Positions 1-11,487 of a stretch of DNA of 32,000 bases are shown one piece after another. The number at the start of each line of letters is the position of its first letter. The stretch's first letter is position 1. The notes under the pieces were generated by a model that was not told where the DNA came from, searched no databases, and saw only the letters and a program-made list of their open reading frames with translations. Source of the DNA: Geotalea uraniireducens Rf4 (GTDB taxonomy: Bacteria; Desulfobacterota; Desulfuromonadia; Geobacterales; Geobacteraceae); assembly GCF_000016745.1 (NCBI RefSeq), contig NC_009483.1, forward strand, positions 4,920,001 to 4,952,000, written 5' to 3'. The translations under genes and the position numbers were made by a program.

Positions 1-88
1 TGACACGCCTCATTGATCTGATAAATTTGTGAGCTGCCATCCGCACCCGTTTTTTAAATTATTTGACCCTGCTTTCAATACAAATCAC

Positions 89-117
89 TTGACATATATA
101 TTAGCGTATGGTAGCTA
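89..117 (+). promoter_or_regulatory. Candidate sigma70-type promoter upstream of the atp operon
   Basis: There is an exact TTGACA at 89-94. The downstream TGgTAGCTA at 109-117 is only a weak extended -10. The site lies in the ~200 nt non-coding stretch before the first atp gene. This is a position and motif argument only. Confidence 0.2.
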
Positions 118-202
118 TCACGTGTTTTACCTCCTGAACAAATCGTATCTTCCAAATAATTAGCAATTGCACAAAAACTATTAAACGGCAAGAGGTGGTT
201 GG

Positions 203-628
203 GTGATTAATTTAGACATGTCCTTTCTTTTCCAGTTAGTTAATTTTCTGCTGCTGATGCTGGTCCTCAATCTCTTTTTGTTCAAACCGATCAGAAAAGT
301 TCTCGCCGACAGAAAAGCGGAAGTCAGTGGCGCCAAAGAGAAGTCAGCAACCGTTGACAAAGAAGTGCAGGAGAAACTTGCTCTCTACGAGGCACGGATG
401 CGTGAAATCAAAGCCCGCGCCACTGACGAGCGTTCTGTTCTGAAAAAAGAGGCTCAGACGGAAGAAGCCGCGATCCTGGATAAAGCGAGAAAAGAGGCCG
501 CCGACACCCTGTCCGCCATCAAGAACAAAGTAGCTAAAGAGGCAGCCGACGCCAGACAACTCCTTAAAGAGCAGGCACTGTCCCTTTCTTCTGAAATCTG
601 TGAGAAAGTTCTTGGGAGGAGTTTCTAG
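203..628 (+). CDS. atpX: F-type ATP synthase Fo subunit b-prime (second b-type stator subunit)
   Basis: GTG start shortly after AGAGGTGG (191-198). The protein has one N-terminal TM helix (FLFQLVNFLLLMLVLNLFLF) followed by a long charged helical region typical of b-type subunits. It is the first gene of the b'-b-delta-alpha-gamma-beta-epsilon series. Confidence 0.85.
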   Translation: MINLDMSFLFQLVNFLLLMLVLNLFLFKPIRKVLADRKAEVSGAKEKSATVDKEVQEKLALYEARMREIKARATDERSVLKKEAQTEEAAILDKARKEAADTLSAIKNKVAKEAADARQLLKEQALSLSSEICEKVLGRSF

Positions 629-629
629 A

Positions 630-1247
630 ATGACAAGCACTCGTAAATCCGTATTAACATCATCCAGCACGATAACGGTTACTACCTGCCTGTTACTGGT
701 CGGCCTTGCTGCCGCCGGTTACGCATCCGAAGGTGGCGAAGGCGCGCACCATGTGGACACAGCCAAGCAGATGAAAGATTTTGCCTGGCGCTGTCTCGAT
801 TTTGCTGTCCTTCTCGCCATTGTTGTCTGGGCGCTGAAAAAAGCAAATGTCAAGGGGTCGCTGGCAGAGCGGCAGTCCAACATTGAGAAGATGCTCAAAG
901 AAGCTGTAGAGGCAAAAGAACAGGCTGAAAAGAAATTCCTTGAATATAATGAGAAGCTTGAACAGGCAAACAAGGAAATTGAAGCGATGTCTGCAGCAAT
1001 GAAGCAGGAAGGGGAGCTGGAAAAAGTCCGCATCATCGCTGAAGCAAAAGCAGCAGCAGAAAAGGTTAAGGAACAGGCACAACAAGCAGCGCATCAGGAA
1101 ATTCTCAAGGCACGGATTGAATTGCGCGATGAAGCTGCCCGTCTCGCCGTTGAAATTGCCGAGAAAAAGATCAAAGAAAACATTACAAAGAATGATCAGG
1201 ATAAACTGGTTGGCGACTATATCTCCAAGGTGGTGACGCTACATTGA
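630..1247 (+). CDS. atpF: F-type ATP synthase Fo subunit b
   Basis: The ORF track gives 600..1247. I prefer the ATG at 630 because it is preceded by GGGAGGA (614-620) and starts just after the atpX stop at 626-628. The protein has a membrane anchor ([12 protein letters not shown]) followed by an Ala/Glu/Lys-rich coiled coil. An alternative internal ATG at 771 would give a b subunit of the classical ~158 aa size. Confidence 0.85.
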   Translation: MTSTRKSVLTSSSTITVTTCLLLVGLAAAGYASEGGEGAHHVDTAKQMKDFAWRCLDFAVLLAIVVWALKKANVKGSLAERQSNIEKMLKEAVEAKEQAEKKFLEYNEKLEQANKEIEAMSAAMKQEGELEKVRIIAEAKAAAEKVKEQAQQAAHQEILKARIELRDEAARLAVEIAEKKIKENITKNDQDKLVGDYISKVVTLH

Positions 1248-1786
1248 GTACTAATGCAATTGCCAGACGTTATGCCAAGGCCCTTGTACAGATAGGTGCA
1301 GAAGAGGGTCAGGTCGACAAGTTTAACAGCGAGTTGACTCAATTCAACACCGTGCTTGCTGCAAATGCCGGCCTTACCTCCGTTTTCAGCAATCCAGCTT
1401 ACGGGATCGAAGCTAAAAGGGAAATTCTCAAGGAAATAATTGGCAAGCTTGCGCTATCGGAAAGTGTTGCCAAATTCCTACAACTGCTGCTTGACAGAAG
1501 CAGACTTGCCTTTCTGCCGCAGATAACAGAAAGCTACGGCAACTTCGCCGATGACCTTTCCGGGGTTGTCCGTCCGACACTGACGTCGGGTCTGCCGCTG
1601 GAAGAAAGCCAGATCGAGGAGATTAAGACCTCTCTGACAAAAACCACCGGCAAGAAAGTCATGCTCAAGGTACAAGTGGATCCTTCACTGATCGGCGGTG
1701 TAGTTACCAAGATCGGGGACAAGGTTTTTGACGGTAGCGTAAAAACGCAGTTAGCGAAAATTCAAGATATATTACAGAAGGGGTGA
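1244..1786 (+). CDS. atpH: F-type ATP synthase F1 subunit delta (OSCP)
   Basis: TTG start overlapping the atpF TGA (1245-1247). It is 180 aa, begins with the delta-like N-terminus [14 protein letters not shown], and sits between b and alpha. Confidence 0.9.
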   Translation: MSTNAIARRYAKALVQIGAEEGQVDKFNSELTQFNTVLAANAGLTSVFSNPAYGIEAKREILKEIIGKLALSESVAKFLQLLLDRSRLAFLPQITESYGNFADDLSGVVRPTLTSGLPLEESQIEEIKTSLTKTTGKKVMLKVQVDPSLIGGVVTKIGDKVFDGSVKTQLAKIQDILQKG

Positions 1787-1795
1787 GACGTTTCT

Positions 1796-3304
1796 ATGGA
1801 AATCAGAGCGGAAGAAATCAGCGAGATTATCAGAAAACAGATCAAGGAGTATGGTACTGAGGTTGCTGTAGCAGAAACCGGCACCATTATCTCCATCGGC
1901 GATGGTATTGCCCGTATTCACGGCCTTGATAAGGCCATGGCGGGTGAGCTGCTCGAATTCCCCGGCGGGATTTCCGGCATGGTTCTCAACCTCGAGGAAG
2001 ATAACGTCGGTGCCGCCATTCTCGGCGAATTCAGCGAGATTAAAGAAGGCGACACGGTCAAGCGGACCGGCAAAATTGTAGAGGTTCCTGTCGGCGAGGC
2101 GCTAATCGGTCGCGTTGTCAACGCACTCGGCCAGCCTATCGACGGCAAAGGCCCCATCAATACCGATAAGTTCGGTAAGGTGGAAGTAAAGGCACCCGGC
2201 ATCGTCCAGCGTAAGTCTGTTCATCAGCCGATGCAGACCGGGCTCAAGGCAATCGACTCCATGGTTCCGATCGGGCGAGGTCAGCGGGAATTGATCATCG
2301 GCGACCGTCAGACGGGTAAAACCGCCGTTGCCATCGACACGATCATCAACCAGAAGGGTGGCGACGTCGTCTGTATCTATGTTGCGATCGGTCAGAAGCG
2401 TTCGACTGTTGCCCAGGTTGTAAGCAAGCTGCAGGAGCACGGAGCAATGGATTACACCATCATTGTAGCGGCAACCGCTTCCGAACCTGCACCGCTCCAG
2501 TTCATCTCCCCCTATACGGGTGTTACCATGGGCGAGTACTTCCGCGACAGCGGCAAACATGCCCTGATCATTTATGATGACCTTTCCAAGCAAGCCGTAG
2601 CCTACCGTCAACTTTCCTTGTTGCTCCGTCGTCCTCCCGGACGTGAAGCATATCCCGGTGACGTATTCTATCTCCACAGTCGTCTGCTGGAGCGTGCCTG
2701 CAAGGTTTCCGATGCATGCGGCGCCGGTTCGCTGACTGCCTTGCCGATCATCGAAACACAGGCTGGTGACGTTTCTGCTTACATTCCGACCAACGTTATT
2801 TCCATTACTGACGGCCAGATCTACCTTGAGTCCGACCTGTTCTACTCGGGTGTCCGTCCGGCGATCAACGTCGGTCTGTCGGTTTCCCGTGTCGGTGGTT
2901 CCGCTCAGGTGAAGGCCATGAAACAGGTTGCCGGTACTCTACGTCTGAGCTTGGCCCAGTATCGCGAGATGGCCGCTTTTGCCCAGTTCGGTTCCGACCT
3001 GGACAAAGCTACCCAGATGCAGCTTGCCCGTGGCGAGCGTCTCGTCGAGATCCTGAAGCAGCCCCAGTACAAGCCCGTTCCCAACGAGAAGCAGGTTCTT
3101 ATTATCTTTGCTGCCAACAACGGCTTCATTGATGATTATCCTGTTTCAGCTCTCCGTCGTTACGAAACGGAACTATACACCTTCTTTGACACCAGAAAAG
3201 CAGACGTTCTCGCTGATCTGCGCGACAAGAAAGCGATTGATGACGACATAAAAGGCAAAATAGTTGCCGCCCTCAATGAATTCAAAAAGGAATTTACTGC
3301 TTAA
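1796..3304 (+). CDS. atpA: F-type ATP synthase F1 subunit alpha
   Basis: 502 aa with the Walker A sequence GDRQTGKTA and a highly conserved alpha-subunit sequence throughout. Confidence 0.98.
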   Translation: MEIRAEEISEIIRKQIKEYGTEVAVAETGTIISIGDGIARIHGLDKAMAGELLEFPGGISGMVLNLEEDNVGAAILGEFSEIKEGDTVKRTGKIVEVPVGEALIGRVVNALGQPIDGKGPINTDKFGKVEVKAPGIVQRKSVHQPMQTGLKAIDSMVPIGRGQRELIIGDRQTGKTAVAIDTIINQKGGDVVCIYVAIGQKRSTVAQVVSKLQEHGAMDYTIIVAATASEPAPLQFISPYTGVTMGEYFRDSGKHALIIYDDLSKQAVAYRQLSLLLRRPPGREAYPGDVFYLHSRLLERACKVSDACGAGSLTALPIIETQAGDVSAYIPTNVISITDGQIYLESDLFYSGVRPAINVGLSVSRVGGSAQVKAMKQVAGTLRLSLAQYREMAAFAQFGSDLDKATQMQLARGERLVEILKQPQYKPVPNEKQVLIIFAANNGFIDDYPVSALRRYETELYTFFDTRKADVLADLRDKKAIDDDIKGKIVAALNEFKKEFTA

Positions 3305-3322
3305 TCCAAGGACGGTTAACGT

Positions 3323-5655
<2,333 letters not shown>

Positions 5656-5667
5656 TTTTCAATTAAA

Positions 5668-5727
5668 TGTAGGGGCGGATCCTTACGTCCGCCCATATCA
5701 GGGTACACCTAAGGCTGTACCCCTACA
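5668..5727. repeat. REP-like compound palindromic element in the atpD-atpC spacer
   Basis: Terminal inverted 8-mers TGTAGGGG (5668-5675) and CCCCTACA (5720-5727) enclose two hairpins of identical geometry, each with a 7-bp stem and an 8-nt loop. The first is GGGCGGA/TCCGCCC at 5673-5694 and the second is GGGTACA/TGTACCC at 5701-5722. The sequence resembles the GTAGGGGCGG...CCCCTAC class of intergenic palindromes common in this group of bacteria. Confidence 0.6.
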
Positions 5728-5741
5728 AAGGATCTTAATAG

Positions 5742-6158
5742 ATGGCTGAAAAACTGAAAGTTGAACTGGTAACACCCTATAAAAGAGTTCTCTCTGAAGA
5801 AGTGGACGAAATTACGGCTACTGGCGCACTCGGCGAATTCGGCGTGCTCCCCGGTCATGCACCGTTCCTTACTTCCCTCAAAATCGGTGAACTCGCCTAT
5901 AAAAAAGACGGCGTACAGCAGCATATGGCCCTCAACTGGGGTTATTTCGAGGTAGAGGGCGACAAGGTCACTGTGCTCGTCGAAACTGCTGAAAGAGCCG
6001 ACGAAATCGACCTGGAACGTGCCAAGGCTGCACTCGGCAGGGCTGAAGAAGCTCTGAAGAAATTGTCGCCGGAGGATAAGAGCTTTCGTATTTACGAAGC
6101 AGCGCTTGAGCGGGCAGCGATCAGGATGCAGGTTGCCGCAAAAGCTGCCAGAAAATAG
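5742..6158 (+). CDS. atpC: F-type ATP synthase F1 subunit epsilon
   Basis: 138 aa, the last gene of the operon. It has an epsilon-like N-terminal beta-sandwich sequence (LKVELVTP...GVLPGHAP) and a C-terminal helical hairpin. Confidence 0.93.
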   Translation: MAEKLKVELVTPYKRVLSEEVDEITATGALGEFGVLPGHAPFLTSLKIGELAYKKDGVQQHMALNWGYFEVEGDKVTVLVETAERADEIDLERAKAALGRAEEALKKLSPEDKSFRIYEAALERAAIRMQVAAKAARK

Positions 6159-6170
6159 ATTGACCAAATT

Positions 6171-6211
6171 CAGACAAAAAAAGAGCGGCTTGGCCGCTCT
6201 TTTTTTGTCTG
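6171..6211 (+). terminator. Rho-independent terminator of the atp operon (bidirectional shape)
   Basis: A perfect 19-bp inverted repeat, cagacaaaaaaagagcggc / gccgctctttttttgtctg, with a 3-nt loop. The GC-rich core GAGCGGC...GCCGCTC is followed by T7 on the + strand and preceded by an A-run, so it should also work on the - strand. Confidence 0.9.
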
Positions 6212-6224
6212 AATCCTCTTTTTG

Positions 6225-6250
6225 AAAAGGCACGGACAACCGTGCCTTTT
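6225..6250 (-). terminator. Rho-independent terminator for the minus-strand gene ending at 6284
   Basis: Hairpin aaaaggcacgg-acaa-ccgtgcctttt with T/A runs on both sides. It lies 34 nt past the stop of the convergent gene. Confidence 0.75.
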
Positions 6251-6283
6251 CTTCATTATACGTTCTTGGTCGGGCTTTGAAAT

Positions 6284-6811
6284 TTATACTTCCAGAAGGA
6301 GCGCATCGGCGATAGAGATCCGCTCGGCACCTTGCACGGCTTCTAACCCTGATGCCGTGATGAATAGTGCATTTATTGCGGCAAGGGTCGTATTCAGGCG
6401 CTCAAGGTCGATCATCGCATCGCCGGGTAAAGATTCGATTCCACGAAAATTGTGCGGACAGAAATCAACCCGCTTCGAGTCGCCTTCAACAATCAGAATC
6501 GGAAGCCCATGCGTGCGGCAGATAACGGGACGTGCAGCATAGAGAACACAAAGACCGTTCTCCAGAAGTGGGCATGGGTCATCAACTGCGACATTGCAGG
6601 CTCGTTCCCGAACATCATTCATCTGATCCCGGGGAAGTTCATGGAAGGCAACCGCAAGGGCAACACCTTCCACCAGTGAAAGGGTCAAATGTCGGCAACA
6701 ACTGTCGCAGCCGGCATGACAAGCCAAATGTTCGTCGTATTTTGCTGATATAGCGGCAACCAGCTCGTCCACCTTGGCGAGCAATGCCCGATAGTTGCTG
6801 AGATTCTCCAT
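6284..6811 (-). CDS. YkgJ/UPF0153-type cysteine-cluster (putative Zn/Fe-S) protein
   Basis: The ORF track gives 6284..6868. I prefer the ATG at 6811 because GAAGGAGA lies immediately upstream on the minus strand. The Cys cluster CHAGCDSCCRH plus downstream Cys residues (DDPCPLL...GLCVLY...RPVICRTHG) are typical of the CxxCxxCC family. Confidence 0.7.
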   Translation of the reverse strand: MENLSNYRALLAKVDELVAAISAKYDEHLACHAGCDSCCRHLTLSLVEGVALAVAFHELPRDQMNDVRERACNVAVDDPCPLLENGLCVLYAARPVICRTHGLPILIVEGDSKRVDFCPHNFRGIESLPGDAMIDLERLNTTLAAINALFITASGLEAVQGAERISIADALLLEV

Positions 6812-7017
6812 CCGATCTCCTTCTTCATTTACTGCAAGAGCATACCGCTTTCCAGTTGATATGGTCAAGAGTTGATCAGGGCACGAAATATGTTTTTATT
6901 GGTAAAAGTGCAGATATTTTGATAAAAGATGAGTTTATGAACCGTTATATTACGAGATAACAACGCCCTTCTATCCCACTGGGACGTATCACTGCAAGCA
7001 TCACAGGAGAATGACTA

Positions 7018-7404
7018 ATGCCCGAGAAAAAACGTGAATTGAAGTTCAAATACATATACGACAACGACTATAATCCTGTCTATGTAAACGGTGCCCATGG
7101 CGGCGTAACACCACGCGGTGAGTTGATCGTCAACTTTTACCTTGAACGTCAGCCCTTGCCGAACTCCATCACCCATGAGATAACAGCCAACGGCACCATC
7201 GGCCCGGAAATCAATGCCGACCCTGCAGATCTTAGCAGCAGTCTGGTCCGCGTTGTCACCTCCGGAGTGGTCCTAAGCCATCAGACAGCAAAGGACATTC
7301 ATTATTGGCTCGGGGAAAAAATCAAAGAAATGGAAGCTGTTCAGCATGCCAAAGAGGTCATGAGCGCCGCACATATTGGAGAGAAATCCGGGCTTACCCA
7401 TTAA
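7018..7404 (+). CDS. Hypothetical protein (possibly DUF3467-like)
   Basis: 128-aa ORF with AGGAGA 8 nt upstream of the ATG. The family assignment is a weak, by-eye impression based on NPVYVNGAHGGVTPRGELIVNFY ... RVVTSGVVLSHQTAKDIHYWLGEKIKEME. Confidence 0.55.
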   Translation: MPEKKRELKFKYIYDNDYNPVYVNGAHGGVTPRGELIVNFYLERQPLPNSITHEITANGTIGPEINADPADLSSSLVRVVTSGVVLSHQTAKDIHYWLGEKIKEMEAVQHAKEVMSAAHIGEKSGLTH

Positions 7405-7419
7405 TCTGGCGCTACGGAT

Positions 7420-7965
7420 ATGAAAGCTGCCGATTACAGAAAACTCGTCGAAGGATGGCTGGGTGATGGAAGCTTTGATGAAAGGCTGCCGGAGGTAGCG
7501 GCGTTACGCGGGGTGCCGCAGCCCGAGGAATTTCATGCAGAAGGAGACGCCTTTACCCATACCATGCTGGCGGCAAGAGCAGTGGACGATGACTCGGACC
7601 AGCGGGTATTCTGGGGAGCGCTCCTGCACGACATCGGCAAGGCAGAGACGACCAGACTCATCCGTGGCCGCTGGCGCGCCTTCGGCCATGCAGAAGCCGG
7701 GGCAAAACTGGTCCCTGGAATACTGGTTCGCCTCGGGCTTCCCGATCTTGCAGACGATGTGGCGTGGTTGGTAAAAAACCACCTGTTTCACTTCGCCTGG
7801 CACCTGGGACACAATGTCAAGCTGACCCGCAATCAACTCAGGTTCATGGAGCATCCCCTCTTCCGTTTGCTGCTTGAGGTCTGCGCTGCAGACGCAGCTG
7901 CCTCCCTCGGCAGAAGCGATAAGGGACGGGTGATCAAGATGATCGCAGATTTTCTGGAACAATGA
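7420..7965 (+). CDS. Stand-alone HD-domain phosphohydrolase (resembles the HD domain of CCA-adding enzymes)
   Basis: The motifs FHAEGDAFTHT and LLHDIGK are separated by about 25 residues, as in HD metal-dependent phosphohydrolases. The gene starts 16 nt after the preceding ORF. Confidence 0.75.
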   Translation: MKAADYRKLVEGWLGDGSFDERLPEVAALRGVPQPEEFHAEGDAFTHTMLAARAVDDDSDQRVFWGALLHDIGKAETTRLIRGRWRAFGHAEAGAKLVPGILVRLGLPDLADDVAWLVKNHLFHFAWHLGHNVKLTRNQLRFMEHPLFRLLLEVCAADAAASLGRSDKGRVIKMIADFLEQ

Positions 7966-8119
7966 AACATCCCGCCATCTTTTTCAACTTGGACAAGCTC
8001 GGTAAGCGAGCGATCCCTCCAGCATGTTGCCACCATTCACAAAACGTGAAAACTGTTGCCTCTTGAGATAAATCAGCCTACATTTACCTGAATCTACGAG
8101 GTAAGGAACGGACGCCACA

Positions 8120-9151
8120 ATGGAAACAAGCTCAACAAAACCGGTGATAGCCGTGACCATGGGAGACCCGACCGGTGTCGGCCCGGAAATCATTGCCAAG
8201 GCCCTGATAAGGCCGGAGGTCAATGCCGTTTGCAGACCACTGGTGCTTGGGGACATGGAAACGTTGGAAAGAGGCATTAAAATTGTCGGCGCGCAACTGC
8301 GAATCGAAACCATGGGCACAGGTGTGCCGCCCGAAGCGACAACGCCCGGAGTTCTTTATCTCCGTTCCCTTTCCGATCTTTCTCCGGCTGACCGGGAATT
8401 CGCCAAGCCGACTGCGGCCGGGGGCGAAGCCATGTTCCGTTACATCACCGAGGCGGCGCACCTTTGCCTCTCCGGCGATGTAGCCGGCATGGCCACCGCG
8501 CCCATAAACAAGGAAGCCATGAATCGTGCCGGCCACAAGTATCCGGGGCATACGGAACTGTTGGCGGAGTTGACGGGAACCAGGGATTTCGTCATGATGC
8601 TGGCCGGTGACAGGCTACGGGTAACGTTGGTCACTATCCATGAAGCATTGGCCGATGTACCTCGGCTTGTCACGCATGACAAGGTACTGTCGACCATCCG
8701 CATCACCCACCGCGACCTGCACCGGTATTTCCGCGCCAATCCCCGTATCGCCGTGCTGGCGCTTAATCCTCATTGCGGCGAAGGTGGAATGTTCGGTACC
8801 GAGGACGACCGTATCATCAAACCAGCCGTCGAAGCGGCACGGGCAGACGGAATCGACGCCTCAGGCCCGCTGTCGGCAGATACTCTCTTCCACTTCGCCG
8901 TTCAAGGGGATTACGATGCAGTGGTCTGCATGTACCACGACCAGGGACTGATCCCTTTAAAGCTGCTCCACTTCGATGACGGCGTGAATGTTACTCTGGG
9001 ACTCCCCATAATCCGTACTTCGGTAGATCACGGCACGGCTTACAACCTGGCCGGCAAAGGCACCGCTTCGGAGCGAAGCATGGTTGCAGCGATCCTGATG
9101 GCAGCTGAGATGGCGAAACAACGGATAGAAACATACGGGAACGCTACATGA
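8120..9151 (+). CDS. pdxA: 4-hydroxythreonine-4-phosphate dehydrogenase
   Basis: 343 aa carrying the PdxA signatures VTMGDPTGVGPEI, YPGHTELLA and IIRTSVDHGTAYNLAGKG. Confidence 0.9.
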   Translation: METSSTKPVIAVTMGDPTGVGPEIIAKALIRPEVNAVCRPLVLGDMETLERGIKIVGAQLRIETMGTGVPPEATTPGVLYLRSLSDLSPADREFAKPTAAGGEAMFRYITEAAHLCLSGDVAGMATAPINKEAMNRAGHKYPGHTELLAELTGTRDFVMMLAGDRLRVTLVTIHEALADVPRLVTHDKVLSTIRITHRDLHRYFRANPRIAVLALNPHCGEGGMFGTEDDRIIKPAVEAARADGIDASGPLSADTLFHFAVQGDYDAVVCMYHDQGLIPLKLLHFDDGVNVTLGLPIIRTSVDHGTAYNLAGKGTASERSMVAAILMAAEMAKQRIETYGNAT

Positions 9152-10101
9152 AAAAAATGCTGTTGATTGTGCTTGGACTGCTGATTATCTACGCGGCCTA
9201 CATCGGGATTTCCCTGATGCTCATGCCGCCGATGGCTGACCTGCAAAACCGCAAGATTAACCTGTCCATCCAGGTGAAAGATTGGCACGGCAACTACCAC
9301 CCATATATCGTCGGACCGAAAAATCGTTACTGGACACCTGCCGGGAGCATTCCCCTGGAAATGAAGTGGGCGGTCATTCTGGCTGAAGACGCCAACTTCT
9401 ACAAGCATGAAGGAATCGACGTCAAGGCGATAAAGAACGCCATCAAATATGACCTGGAGAAAAAGAGCTTTGCCCGTGGTGCGTCTACCATAACCCAGCA
9501 GGTGGCTAAGAATCTATTCCTTTCGCGGGAAAAGACCATCAACCGCAAGATCAAGGAGATCATCCTCGCCAAGCGGATGGAGCAGGAACTTCCCAAGGGC
9601 CGGATCATCGAGCTCTACCTGAACGTCATCGAGCTCGGGCCGATGGTCTACGGTATCGGCCATGGAGCGCGCTATTATTTCGGCAAACCGGCTTCGGCGC
9701 TCACCCCGAGAGAATGCGCCTTCATAGCCGCCATGCTCCCCGGCCCGCGCGTGGCATACAACCCGTACAAAAACCTGGGGAAGGTACTGAAGCGCTCCAA
9801 TATGATCCTGCGCCTGTTGTACAGCAAAGGAGTGCTCGCCGAGGCGGAGTTTGCGCAGGCCATGGCAGAATCGCCAAATGTCGGTCGTCTGCAGAGAAAG
9901 GTTGACGAAAGCATCAAGAAGGAAGAGGTCCTTACAAATATCAGCAGCGCAAAACTGCCTGGACCGCCCCCGGCCACCGACAACGAGGAGGAAAAGCCGA
10001 CTGACGGTTCCCCGGCGCCTGATGCGACTAGTGGGTCACCGGAGATCAAGCCGCCGCAGGGCAACAGCAACCCGCCTGAGAGCGGAAGCGAGAAGCCCTG
10101 A
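9148..10101 (+). CDS. mtgA: Monofunctional peptidoglycan glycosyltransferase (GT51) with a Pro-rich C-terminal tail
   Basis: ATGA start/stop overlap with pdxA. It has an N-terminal TM helix and the GT51 motifs EDANFYKHEGID and RGASTITQQVAKNLF. There is no transpeptidase domain. The last ~60 aa are a P/S/E/G-rich low-complexity region. Confidence 0.85.
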   Translation: MKKMLLIVLGLLIIYAAYIGISLMLMPPMADLQNRKINLSIQVKDWHGNYHPYIVGPKNRYWTPAGSIPLEMKWAVILAEDANFYKHEGIDVKAIKNAIKYDLEKKSFARGASTITQQVAKNLFLSREKTINRKIKEIILAKRMEQELPKGRIIELYLNVIELGPMVYGIGHGARYYFGKPASALTPRECAFIAAMLPGPRVAYNPYKNLGKVLKRSNMILRLLYSKGVLAEAEFAQAMAESPNVGRLQRKVDESIKKEEVLTNISSAKLPGPPPATDNEEEKPTDGSPAPDATSGSPEIKPPQGNSNPPESGSEKP

Positions 10102-10361
10102 AGCAAAGCTCTTGACAATGTTGTTGTATTTCATAATGGGTCCTCCAATGGGCCCATTTTTACTAAGAGCGTCTGTCAATCGTCCCAGCCTATAGCACTT
10201 CATTCTAAACCCATCTAATTTCACTTCAGTTTTCACCCCCCTTGCCGATACCTGTTAATAGGCAAAGTCGAGAGATCGCGCTGGCGCACAAAGAAAAGTG
10301 CGCACATGGAACCGACTTTTCGCAAGTCATAAAACGTTATTGAGCAGAACCCGAGGTGGCA

Positions 10362-11450
10362 ATGATGAATACGACCGCAAAAGGCGTGGTCATTGTAGTA
10401 GACGATGACCCTTATGTGCTCGAAAGCATAGCATCCCTTCTCAAAGTCTACGGATTCATGGTCCGTACCTTTCAGGACGGCACCATGGCACTGGAATCTT
10501 TCAGGAAAGAGTCAGTGGATGTGGTGCTGACCGATGTCAACATGCCGGTGACAACCGGGATCAACGTTCTGGAAAATATCCGGGAACACGACCGGGAAAC
10601 GCCTGTCATGCTCATGACTGCCTATGCCGAGCTCGATTTGGCAGTCTCCGCCATAAAAAAAGGGGCGTTCGATTTTATCATCAAACCGTACAACCCCCTC
10701 CAGCTCATCCATGCCATAGAAAAAGCAGTCGATTACAAAAGATTGCTCCAGCTCGAGAAGTACTACAAGTCCGAACTGGAACGGACCATTGCCCAGAGAA
10801 CCCGCGAACTGGCCGATGCGCTGACGATGCTGAAAAGCATGAGCAGGGAAACAATCGAGCGACTAACAGCAGCGGCCGAACTACGGGACGAAGACACCGG
10901 CATGCACATAGCACGCATCGGCATGTATGCGAACAGGGTCGCCCGTACGCTCCAACTTTCGGATAATTTCGTGGAAACCATTACTGTCGCCGCAGCAATG
11001 CACGATGTCGGCAAGATCGGTATCCCTGACGCAATTCTCTTAAAGCCGTCACCGCTTACCCCGGAAGAATTCAACATCATCATGACTCACACAACAATAG
11101 GTGAAAAGATACTTCGAGGCTCTTCCCATTCCATGCTGCAAATGGCCACGTCCATCGCCTTGAATCACCACGAGAGGTGGGATGGCACGGGCTACCCGAA
11201 CCGTCTCCGCGGTGATGAAATCCCCATCGAAGGATGCATTGTAATGCTCGCCGATCAATACGACGCGCTACGCAGCAAACGTGTCTACAAGCCCGCCTTC
11301 GACCATGACACGGCGTGCAGGATTATTATCGAAGGTGATGGGCGCACCAGACCGGAACACTTCAACCCCCGGATTCTGTCCGCGTTTATTGAAACTGCAC
11401 CGCTGTTCGATGAGATATTCACTACCAACAAGGATATAACCGCTTCCTGA
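10362..11450 (+). CDS. Response regulator with HD-GYP output domain (predicted c-di-GMP phosphodiesterase)
   Basis: The ORF track starts at the GTG at 10356. The ATG at 10362 follows GAGGTGG. The receiver domain is VVIVVDDDP...VVLTDVNMP, and the HD ([12 protein letters not shown]) and GYP ([14 protein letters not shown]) motifs are both intact. Confidence 0.9.
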   Translation: MMNTTAKGVVIVVDDDPYVLESIASLLKVYGFMVRTFQDGTMALESFRKESVDVVLTDVNMPVTTGINVLENIREHDRETPVMLMTAYAELDLAVSAIKKGAFDFIIKPYNPLQLIHAIEKAVDYKRLLQLEKYYKSELERTIAQRTRELADALTMLKSMSRETIERLTAAAELRDEDTGMHIARIGMYANRVARTLQLSDNFVETITVAAAMHDVGKIGIPDAILLKPSPLTPEEFNIIMTHTTIGEKILRGSSHSMLQMATSIALNHHERWDGTGYPNRLRGDEIPIEGCIVMLADQYDALRSKRVYKPAFDHDTACRIIIEGDGRTRPEHFNPRILSAFIETAPLFDEIFTTNKDITAS

Positions 11451-11487
11451 TGGTCGCTTCTCCCGGTTCCGTCCGAGATGTACGCCA

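Noticed and set aside
6812-6868. Long N-terminal extensions in the ORF-track calls: 6868, 14194, 17998, 19020, 22492 and 25065, plus the minor GTG starts at 10356 and 14244.
   Set aside because: In each case an internal ATG has a good Shine-Dalgarno sequence and/or an ATGA-type coupling to the neighbouring gene, and the conserved domain begins right after it. The extensions would overlap neighbouring genes or promoters.
10112-10137. TTGACA (10112-10117) and CATAAT (10132-10137) upstream of the HD-GYP regulator, considered as a promoter.
   Set aside because: The spacer is only 14 nt, which is outside the usual 16-19 nt range for sigma70 promoters. I did not report it as a feature.
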